DNA of 59,364 bases, the filler included, from Sphacelaria rigidula (Eukaryota), in NCBI GenBank assembly GCA_964200075.2. It is 10 parts of 10 records of this genome, joined end to end, with 100 filler letters (N's around TTAATTAATTAA, not from the genome) between each part and the next. Parts side by side here need not be neighbours in the genome. Positions count along the whole stretch, not along the records: positions 47,574 to 53,419 come from CAXNAA020024006.1; positions 53,520 to 59,364 come from CAXNAA020024007.1; 8 more parts are not named here. One strand, written 5' to 3'. Below, piece by piece: positions 50,890 through 59,364 of this stretch. Position numbers and translations under genes: made by a program. Position 1 is the first letter of the stretch. Every line of letters starts with the position of its first letter. The notes beneath the pieces were generated by a model that was not told where the DNA came from, ran no database searches, and worked only from the letters and a program-made list of their open reading frames with translations.

Positions 50890-52630
50890 CTCCCAGATTC
50901 TCAGCGCGGTTTCGGGCACCGGCGGTCGAACGTCGACATGATGATGTGCGTTATCCGCAGACTTCAAAATCTGGCCAGGGAAATAATATTCTGCTGTACA
51001 TGTTCTTCATCGACCTCCGTAAGATGTACGATTCAGTTGACCACACTTTTCTCTGGAAGGTGCTCGCACGATACGGAGTCCCTGTCAAGATGATTTCCAT
51101 CATCACGCAATTCCATTATGGCATGCAGGCGTGCGGGTGCCTCGACAGCGGCGAGACTTCAGAGTATGTTGACGTTAATCAGGGCCTCTGCCAAGGCTGT
51201 GTGGTTGTCCACGTGTTCAGTATCTTCTTCGCGGTAATGGTGAGGGTGACGCTCGATCGCTTCTCGATCGGCAAGGCTACGGTTGATTACGTCATTCGTA
51301 TCGCCACCAGGAGTGGGAACACCAACGACGTGCTTTGCGAGGTGCTTTGGGCCATGCCGCACGCCGACGACGCTGGCATCGTGTCGTGATCTCAGATAAG
51401 CCTGGCAAAGATGATTACGGTCGTCGTCGAATTCTAAGCGGTGTGCGGTCTCGTCGTAGCAGGGAAAAAGATGGTAACCATACACATGCGCTCCCCAAAC
51501 ATGAAGGCGGATGTGGTTGAGGTGGAGGCGGCAGGCCAAAGGTGCAAGCAAGTGGAGTATTTTCGTCTATCTCGGTGGTACCATCAACAGCGTCGGTGAT
51601 ATCACCACTGACGTCAACCGCGGCATTGGCCAGGCCTGCACGTGCTCCGTCAAATGCAGCAGAGCGATATACGACAATGCGTACATTGCCCGGGCCAAAA
51701 ATGTTCGTTTCCTAGGGTTGAAGTGATTGAAATCATGCTTGACGGCTGTATGATCTGAACGCTCTCACCCAATAATTTCAGCCCGTTGCGCAAAGCTCAC
51801 CGCGGGTTACTGCTGAGGTGCTTCGACGAGAATATTTCAACCCACAGCGCCGCCCACAAACTCATCACGGAAGAACTGGCTGCGATTGCATCAAGGTTAC
51901 CCGTTTCGAGACAAATCGTGATATACGCCGGCCACGTCACGCGCAAGCACGACGAGCGCCTCCCCAGCATCGTCATGAGTAGAGAAATGGTCGGAGGGGA
52001 GAAGAAGATAGGCCAGTCCGTGAAACGCGTGCAACACCGTGTCCCTGAGTGCTACTGCACCTTGGGAATAGATGCCATGTTTTGGCCGCAGATTGCGCAA
52101 GATGGTTCCGGGTGGTACCGGGTCGTAGAGGAAGGGGCTAAGAAGCGCATGGCAAATTGGACCAACGCGCGTCATGCAAACGAACGTTTTGCTGTGTCAC
52201 TCGAAGAGTTCCCTCTGTGTCTATCAAAGGTCGGCGAAACATATCGCGGTGCCCACCAAGTATTATACTTGCCCGTGTATTTGCCGTCTTTCTGAACATT
52301 TTTATGTTTTCTCCGTGGGTCCCTGGGGATGTTGTTTGATTCTCCCTTCGTCTCTATTTATTTTCTTTACTCCTTTGACAGCCCTGATTTGTTTGTTTTA
52401 CCACACCCCGACCAATTCTGGGGGGGGGGGGGAGGGGATTATGTTTTGTTTCCTTGGCGTCAATCTCGCGTTGATTCATCATCGTTTTGCTTTGCTTTGT
52501 TTTCAAAATCTCAGACTAAGCTGCTCAATGAGCGCTTCTATTTCATGCAAGGGATAGTGGTGACGGTACTGGAAAGGCGAGGGCCTACGTCTGTGACCAC
52601 GAATCCGAAAATGATAATGATATAAGATAA
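50890..52630 (+). mobile_element. 5'-truncated, degenerate non-LTR retrotransposon (RTE-like LINE): RT remnant plus 3' tail
   Basis: LPDSQRGF..RSNVDMM, FFIDLRKMYDSVD..LWKVLARYGVP.KMISII.QFH.GM, NQGLCQGC, MPHADD (from YADD) and FVYLGG, with stops and frameshifts. The tail ...CTGGAAAGG...CTACGTCTGTG.CCACG..TCCGA ends in ATA/ATG repeats at ~52610-52630. Confidence 0.93.
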
Positions 52631-53212
52631 ACACAAAAGTATGATTTCGGGGTTGCTTGGGAAAGCATTCGCCTCGCCTAAGGTCAAACTGGGCGCACTA
52701 GAGATCGAGAGAGTGCGCTAGAACCGTCGAAGAGAGTGCAGCGACAAGTCTTTCTGAGGTGGCACAATCCGCTGAAGCCCTTATTCTGACGAAAATTCGC
52801 ACCAGATCGCCAAGATAGGCTTTTTAGAGAGATGTTTCCGTACTACAAAAAGAAGTAGCCTCGGACGAGTTGGCCGCCCGTCGGTCTCATGCCAAGGAAG
52901 GACCCGGCCCGAATGAACGGTAGGATGGTGCTGCCTGCATGTGTACGATGTTCAAAACTGTGGTAAATAACTCTTCTCGTGATCCCTCTGTGGAATGGGG
53001 GGGCAATCGGAAAGGCAAGGGCGTGATCGACCGGTAACTGCATACTTCCTCTGTGCCATAAGTGGCGTAATACACGCGTACACGGGCCCTTGACCGCGTC
53101 CGATTTTTAAGTTATATATATATATTTTTTCCCCTGTCCGCGCACTACCCTGCATGAGCCAATGGTCGAGAGAGAATCAGCCCGCCCGATGATGCGGTAA
53201 TTCGCCCCTATT

Positions 53213-53287
53213 CCACCGCACAAAGTAGGTGGAGTAATTGAAACAAAACGAAGGAGCAACCTTCCTCCTGTGTGACCCCGGCTGATG
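53213..53287 (+). repeat. SINE core fragment
   Basis: CACCGCA..AG.AGGTGGAGTA...CCTTCCTCCTGTGTGACCCCGGCTG is shared with the SINE copies. Confidence 0.65.
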
Positions 53288-55271
53288 TTTGTAGCTTCGT
53301 GACCCCGTGAGAGGATGGGGTACAGACTCGACTCAGATAGTCGATCAATGGACACGACTGCGATAGTCGATCAATGGACACGGCTGACCGCCGATCAAGA
53401 TGAGGTAGAAATGTATATANNNNNNNNNNNNNNNNNNNNNNNNNNNNNNNNNNNNNNNNNNNNTTAATTAATTAANNNNNNNNNNNNNNNNNNNNNNNNN
53501 NNNNNNNNNNNNNNNNNNNTTCTTCACATTCAAGCAGACTCGGAGGAAGAGTCTGGCAAAGAAAGAAATTGAGATGAAAAGTCTTGTTTTTTTGCCCCCC
53601 CCCCCCCCCCCCTTTGTAGCTATGCACGCAGGCTCGGAGAAGGGAAGCCTGATGGTTGAGAATATTGATATACGAGATGTGGTTGGCGTTCATGATTAAT
53701 GTGGTCATTTGTTCATGGTTAATGTGGTCATTTGTTCACGGTTAATGTAGATGTACAAGTGGCTCCAATGAGAGCTGTAACGGAGTAGGGAGATTGCAAT
53801 CAGTCTCGTGTTTTGTTTCGTCTTGTTGTGTTTTTTTTTCAAGAATACATGAAGTCATAATGGGGTGGACTCGGGAGAGTCATGATAGAGTAGTGGGCGA
53901 GATACAAGTGCGTCCACGTGTCTTCTTCTGTGAACTTTCATTTGCTCATTTTTTCCCCATTCTTGAGGTCGTCTCGTCTACTGCAGTAATCACCTACTCG
54001 TGCTGTGTTGTTGCGTGTATGCATGTGTGTGAAGATGTTTTGACGTATTTATTCAGTTAACGATGTGTTTTGTCGTGACATGATTTTACCGTTGACTCTA
54101 TAATGGTCTAATCGGAATCGTGTGTGTGTATTTCGCTCAGCGTTTACCACACTTGTTTGGTCTTGTCGTGCACGTTCAATAATTCCGGAACGCTTTTTCT
54201 ACCCCTCGCCGTCTGATCGTACTTACTATATGTGGATGCTGTGTACCACGCATGCTGTAAAACCCTTATCCCTACTGTGCTTTTTTCCAATTAGGGGCAC
54301 TCGAAGCACGAAATGTGGATGCGGCTTTGCGATCTGTGCGCGAATCACCCAGAGGAGGTCACGGGCGTACTCAAGGTACGAAAACATAATATATGTGAAT
54401 GTATACATGCATCAACTGCCATCTTTCCCGTAAGTCTTTCACCAGGCTCCCGTGAGTAAGGTGCTCTGATGTTCAATTGCCTCATTCGTCGTCGAACGAT
54501 TCTCTGGTTGCTGGGTAGAATCATTCGATCGAACAGACTTTTTCGCAAGAAGATATGATTTCAGCCTTGAAAAAAACACCTGCTATTCATTTCTGCATAC
54601 ATTTTGCCGAAAAACCGTAGCCCACTAATCCTTATTATTGTTTTATTATTGGTAGTAGCAGTATCATTGTTGTTGTTTCCGTCACATTAGCTCGATCTCT
54701 CGAACCCGTGGTCACAGAGTGCCAGAAGCATACCATCTGTACCCATAAATCAAAAAGCCAACAGAGGAAGGTCAGAATCGAAAAAAAATCTCTACACGAC
54801 GAAAAAGAGTCGCCTACATTGCGAAAAACCTGCAGAAGAACGATGGCCTACAGGAAAAACTACGAGACACTGAAAAATAGTCCCAGCGTGCAAGCTCTAT
54901 GGCTACCGTGCTACGCACTAGTGTGTCTTCATAGTGCAGTAACACAGCGAATGCGGCAATCGCAATATCGTATCGAACGAGAGTCAGTCCCGAATAGATC
55001 TACTGCCTAGAGTGCTCTCCCTATACAAGGTAATGGGCCTGTTTTCATACACTTTCGGGGGAGGGGGGCAAGTTATGATATATTTAGTTTTCGCAGTATT
55101 GCATCTTTTTTTGAGATGAATGTCAGAGCTTCCAGTGGATGTCAAAATGATTCCCACTGTAGCCCATATGAAAGCCGAGGTCCTCAACTTTTCTCACCAA
55201 TGTCACGAGTCAACACATCGGTCTGACTGGCGCTCTCATACGAGCTTTTGAAATGGGTTGAGTAAAATTTG

Positions 55272-55826
55272 CACGCACCCAACGACCACGACTACGACTA
55301 GCGGTCGTGGGACTTGTACTCGTCGAATTAGTCGCCGCCGTTTCCCCGCATTCGGTGGTAGGAGTCGACTTTTAGTCATCACCATTTCCAGAATTGAGTC
55401 GTAGGCGTCGATCGACTCATTGTCGTCGCCATTTGCGAATTTTCGTCGTAGGAGCCTACTCTCAGTCGTCGCTTTTTCTCGGTTTTAGTCGTGGCAGTCG
55501 ACTCTTCAGTCTTCGCCATTTCCCGAATCAAGTCGTATGCGTCGATTCTCAAGTCGTCGTAGTTGCCCGAAATTGGTGGTGAGAGTCGAGTCTCAGTTGT
55601 CATTTCCCAAATTTAGTTGTGGCCGTCAATCGACATTTTCCGAATTGAATCGTAGGAGTCCTCTATCAGTCGTCATCTTCTGAATTCGGTCCAAGTCGAC
55701 TCTGAGTTGTCGTAGTTCGCGAATTCAGTCGTGAGAGTAAACTCTTGAGTCGTCGCTTTTTTGCGAATATAGTCGTAAGAGTCGTACGAGTCGTGAATCG
55801 CGACCGGAAGGGTCGTTGGGCGTGTG
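55272..55826. mobile_element. Non-autonomous TIR element (CAC...GTG ends, CACTA/CMC-like) filled with ~42-bp repeats
   Basis: TIR CAC(G/A)C(A/G)CCCAACGACC matches 14/16. The interior is a degenerate array of GAATT.AGTCGTAGGAGTCGACTCTCAGTCGTC units. Confidence 0.65.
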
Positions 55827-56394
55827 TAACTGTGCGCCGTGTTTTATCTCGTGGGGATTCCTATAATAGTCATGCCATCAAGTTGGGTGCACTGACGGAG
55901 AGGTCCAGCTATTCTAGTAGAAGAGACCAACAGGATGCCGAAAGCTTGGGCGTTGTTGCAGCAGTGTGATCTGGTTCGAGTTCAGTTTCGATGCATACGT
56001 ATTTCGTGAGAAAATGTCAACTCCCGCTGTTTTGTTTTGTTTTCATTGTTTTGCTTGTTATTCTGCTCCTTTGATCTCATCATTTTGTTTTTCTTCGTCG
56101 TTTTATTTTTTCTCTTCTATTTTTGTTTATTTCCTTTTCTTTTTTTCTTCCTTTTTTTTCCCTTTTTTTTTCTTTCTCCTTTCTTCCCTCGTTTCCATTC
56201 TCGTCTTTGTTTCCATACCTCGACCAACTCGGGGGGGGGGGGGGGGGGTTGTCTTTTTTTTTTTCTTCTCCTTCATTTTTTTTTTTGTTGTTTTTTTTTT
56301 TTTTTTGTTTTTTCTTTGGTTGGTTTTTTTTTTTTTGTCTTTTTTCTTCACGTCTATCCTATTTTATTTTGTGTTGTTTTGCTTTGCTGTCGGA

Positions 56395-56500
56395 GTCTCA
56401 TGTAAGGAATAGCAATGGTGGTGCTGGAAAGGTGAATCTACGTCTGTGGCCACGTGTCCGAGAAATCGGGCCAATGCGGAAATAATGATGATGATTATAA
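56395..56500 (+). mobile_element. LINE 3' tail fragment
   Basis: TCATGTAAGG.ATAG...CTGGAAAGG...CTACGTCTGTGGCCACG..TCCGAGAAAT matches 52543-52612. A T-rich and poly-G low-complexity tract precedes it. Confidence 0.75.
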
Positions 56501-56821
56501 TCACAACAATGATACGGCGATGATAATTACAAAAATAATTATGAAATTCTGCGGACTTGAAGAACTCGAGTGGCTGATCGAGAGATTCGTGCAAATCGGC
56601 TGGGTGAGGTAGCACATGGTGGATGGGTCATCCATCATACCGCACAGTTGCGTACAGATATATTCACAAGAGGCACATAATTCGCGAGCATACACATACA
56701 CGTTCTGTTCCTCCGCTTCCTTCCGTTTTTTTGTCCCTCCTCTATCCGTCGGTGTTTGAAAAAACGGCCAAGATATGATGTTTCCTCAACCTGCGTATTC
56801 CTCTTTCCCCCATGCCGCGCT

Positions 56822-56885
56822 CCGTCTCGAAAGGGATGCGTGGTCAATGATCAAACGAATCAGGCAAGCAACAAATGAGTACGCC
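56822..56885. repeat. Copy of GAAAGGGATGCG interspersed repeat
   Basis: Matches 21619-21681 and 23906-23967. Confidence 0.75.
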
Positions 56886-58211
56886 TCCCCTCCCCCAACC
56901 CAAATCAAATAGTTATACTACTACTAATAACAATCCATCCCAAAAGACACATGCACTGTCCGTCGTAAGTTGTGGCTTTCCCTGAGAGTTCATGCTATCA
57001 TCTCGATGCGAATGGTTGCAGCTTGATTTCATGAATGGGTATTTCAACTCTCCCTACAGTATTTAGATTGCACAATCTTATCCGTCAAACGAGGGGCGCA
57101 GTGAGGAATTCAGGACAGAGGGCGCGTAGGTTCCTACTTCTCGTGTGTAGGTAGGGTGCACGGAGCGTGTGGAAACGTGACGTGGACGTGGAGCCGGTAT
57201 GCCCTTGCAGATACAAGGCTTGTGATAGGAAAATAGACTGACAGACAGGGTGTGCGGCATGCCGCACCCTGAGTGAGAAGCATGACCTATCCAGGACTGG
57301 GGATTGGAGGATGACAGTCCTGGGGTTAACAGGGCCGGGTTGACGAACCCGGGTCATTGAGAAAACGGTCGAGTTTTATACATATATACTTCGTATGTAT
57401 ATTTGGTTGGATATATTTGTCACGCTCTAAACCCCCCTCCTTTCTCGGGACGAGTCCGTGGTGTCAAGGGATCGATCCATCCATCCCCCTCCCGGGTACA
57501 CGCCTTGCATTTTGGTGTCACATATCAAGTCAGCACTCCCGCACCGCGTCAACTCTCGTCCAATAAGCTCAGCCAACTACTTTCTGTCCACTGACGTCCT
57601 CTCGCTTTCGACGGTGAAAATCAGATACTGATACTTTCTACGATAGCTGCCCAACTGTCACGAAAAAGTGGTCATACAACGCCTGATCTTCGGTTTCAGG
57701 CGGCATGAAGCGCCTCATATGAGCGTCATCGGCGAAAACGAACCCAAGCGTGGGATTCCAAGCTGCTCGATGTGTCCAGCTTTTTTCAGTTCGATTTGCG
57801 TGTAGATTCTGCCTCCTCGAACCAGCCACTTTGGGGGGGGGGTTATCGTATAAAGTCTCTACTTGGAAGGAAGAGCCCGACGTATATGGCGGGGATCGAA
57901 CCCCCGTTCTCTTCACCCTACTGGTGACAATCAGACCGTTACGTAGACCATCGCGGCGAATCGAGGTGGTGATCACAGAAAACGCGCCTGCGGATCCCCC
58001 AAACCCTTCCCCTGTTCAACCAACAACGTGCGATTGACTGTCACGCTTGTGTTGTTCTGTGTTGCGTTGTGCTCTGTTTCGTCGTGTGTTCTGTGTCTTG
58101 CGTTGTCTGTCTCGCCTGTCTCATCTGTCTTGCCTGTTTCGTTTCCTTTCATTTCGTTTGCGTTATGCTGTCTTGTCTCGTCTCGTCTCTTCTGTTTGTA
58201 ACGGTGTGCAG

Positions 58212-58352
58212 GTGGATGCCATCATTCGAAGCGGGATATCGCGATTCACGGACGAGGTCGGGAGGCTGTGGTGCAAGCTGGCCAAGTACTACATCCACAT
58301 GGGGCAGTTCGACAGGGCTCGCGACGTGTATGAGGAGGCCATCAACAGCGTC
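58212..58352 (+). CDS. SYF1: Pre-mRNA splicing factor SYF1/XAB2, internal exon (HAT repeat)
   Basis: A long polypyrimidine tract plus GCAG acceptor, GTGAGT donor, 141 nt. VDAIIRSGISRFTDEVGRLWCKLAKYYIHMGQFDRARDVYEEAINSV. Confidence 0.95.
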
Positions 58353-59172
58353 GTGAGTGTTTGAGACAACATCAATACAACCGAAAATGTAGGTTGTTAT
58401 TCACAGCGAGTGTCGAAAGTGTGGACTTCACATCATTTTCGCACATGGGCCCGATCTCTCGAACCCGTGGTCATTGACGTAGGCCCACCTTTTTTCAAAC
58501 AAGGGGTGAATTGCCACAAGTATCGGTCGAGGACCCTGTCACATATTTTCCCACATGAGCAATACCGAGAGATGAAATGTTTTTGACCGCTCAGTGGACA
58601 GAGGGTCCCGGGTTTCCCGCGTGCTCACCGCGATAAATTTAATACCTGCCAGAGTTGAGCAGGCAACCAATAGTTTTGAAATTTGGTGGCGAATAAGCGA
58701 GTAGAGCTCACGCATAAGGGATGTCGGTTGAAACGAAAATTGTGCAATATATTATCCTCGCCGCTAGCAGGCGAAAAAGTTCATCTCCATTTTTTTTTCC
58801 CCGGACATGAAAAATACATAACACCAAATGGCTCATGTATCAGTGTTTTGACATGACGTTCAAACAAATGGTCTTTGGAAACGTTGATGCATGCCACAAA
58901 AAATAGACATACCTCTTACTCGTACGATAGTGAATGGTTAGGGCCGTGTTTCAATCTAGAAATATGTATATGTGAGAACGCCCCGTGAGAGTGAGGGTGA
59001 TTTTGGCGTTTTTCGTAATTTTTCTTCTTATGTCCTTGGACCGTGTTGTATGGCAACGAATCCGTATTTGTACAAATATGAGGATTTCAGCCCGTGTACA
59101 TCCGATGTTCTCTCGTTGATTGAATTGTCGGACACCAGTCCGTTGGGCAATGTTTTTCGCCTACCTCCGAGG

Positions 59173-59364
59173 AAACCTGATCAATTCTCCGATTCTCTGG
59201 ACGCTGACTTTTGGTTCATCACCTTTCTGCTCAGATCGGGACACTCCCGCATCTTCCCCGATTTGGGCCCCAGATTCGGGGAAGATGCGGGAGTGTCCCG
59301 ATCTGAGCAGAAAGGTGATGAACCAAAAGTCAGCGTCCAGAGAATCGGAGAATTGATCAGGTTT
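59173..59364. repeat. Perfect inverted repeat (89-bp arms, 14-nt centre) at scaffold end
   Basis: 59173-59261 is the exact reverse complement of 59276-59364. Confidence 0.97.

Noticed and set aside
54225..54275. MWMLC as an upstream SYF1 exon
   Set aside because: Similarity is limited to about four residues and there are no convincing splice sites.
55330..55800. CRISPR-like array
   Set aside because: Whole units are homologous, with no unique spacers, and the array is bounded by TIRs.
55966..56485. Phe-rich or Lys-rich ORFs resembling membrane or basic proteins
   Set aside because: Low-complexity T-rich tract next to a LINE tail.
57638..57976. FVFADD as a reverse transcriptase active site
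   Set aside because: No other RT motifs are nearby.

Overview
This window is not one locus. It is ten unrelated short eukaryotic scaffolds of 5847-5845 bp, sorted by decreasing length and joined by an artificial 100-nt spacer (44 N + TTAATTAATTAA + 44 N). Scaffold boundaries: 1-5847, 5948-11794, 11895-17741, 17842-23688, 23789-29635, 29736-35581, 35682-41527, 41628-47473, 47574-53419, 53520-59364. Short GT-AG exons in long repeat-rich introns and a signal peptide with an AF-type plastid presequence suggest a photosynthetic stramenopile, most likely a brown alga (inference). Recognisable host exons: the 5' end of a probable plastid-targeted PPDK, the last two coding exons of PEX5, exons of a PI4-kinase, one SYF1/XAB2 exon and one low-complexity exon. 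The rest is mostly transposon debris: Copia RNase H, an RTE-like LINE RT, tRNA-derived SINEs, a pogo-type deletion derivative, several MITEs, a MULE-type SWIM remnant, a probable decayed Zisupton/Dileera (KDZ) transposase and tandem repeats. The most notable items are a three-level nested insertion, 40-50 bp palindromic insertions (one with an 8-bp TSD), a perfect 89-bp-arm foldback at the last scaffold end, and a long unidentified decayed ORF interrupted by a LINE. No CRISPR, rRNA or prokaryotic system is supported. All homology calls come from motif recognition by eye, not from database searches.
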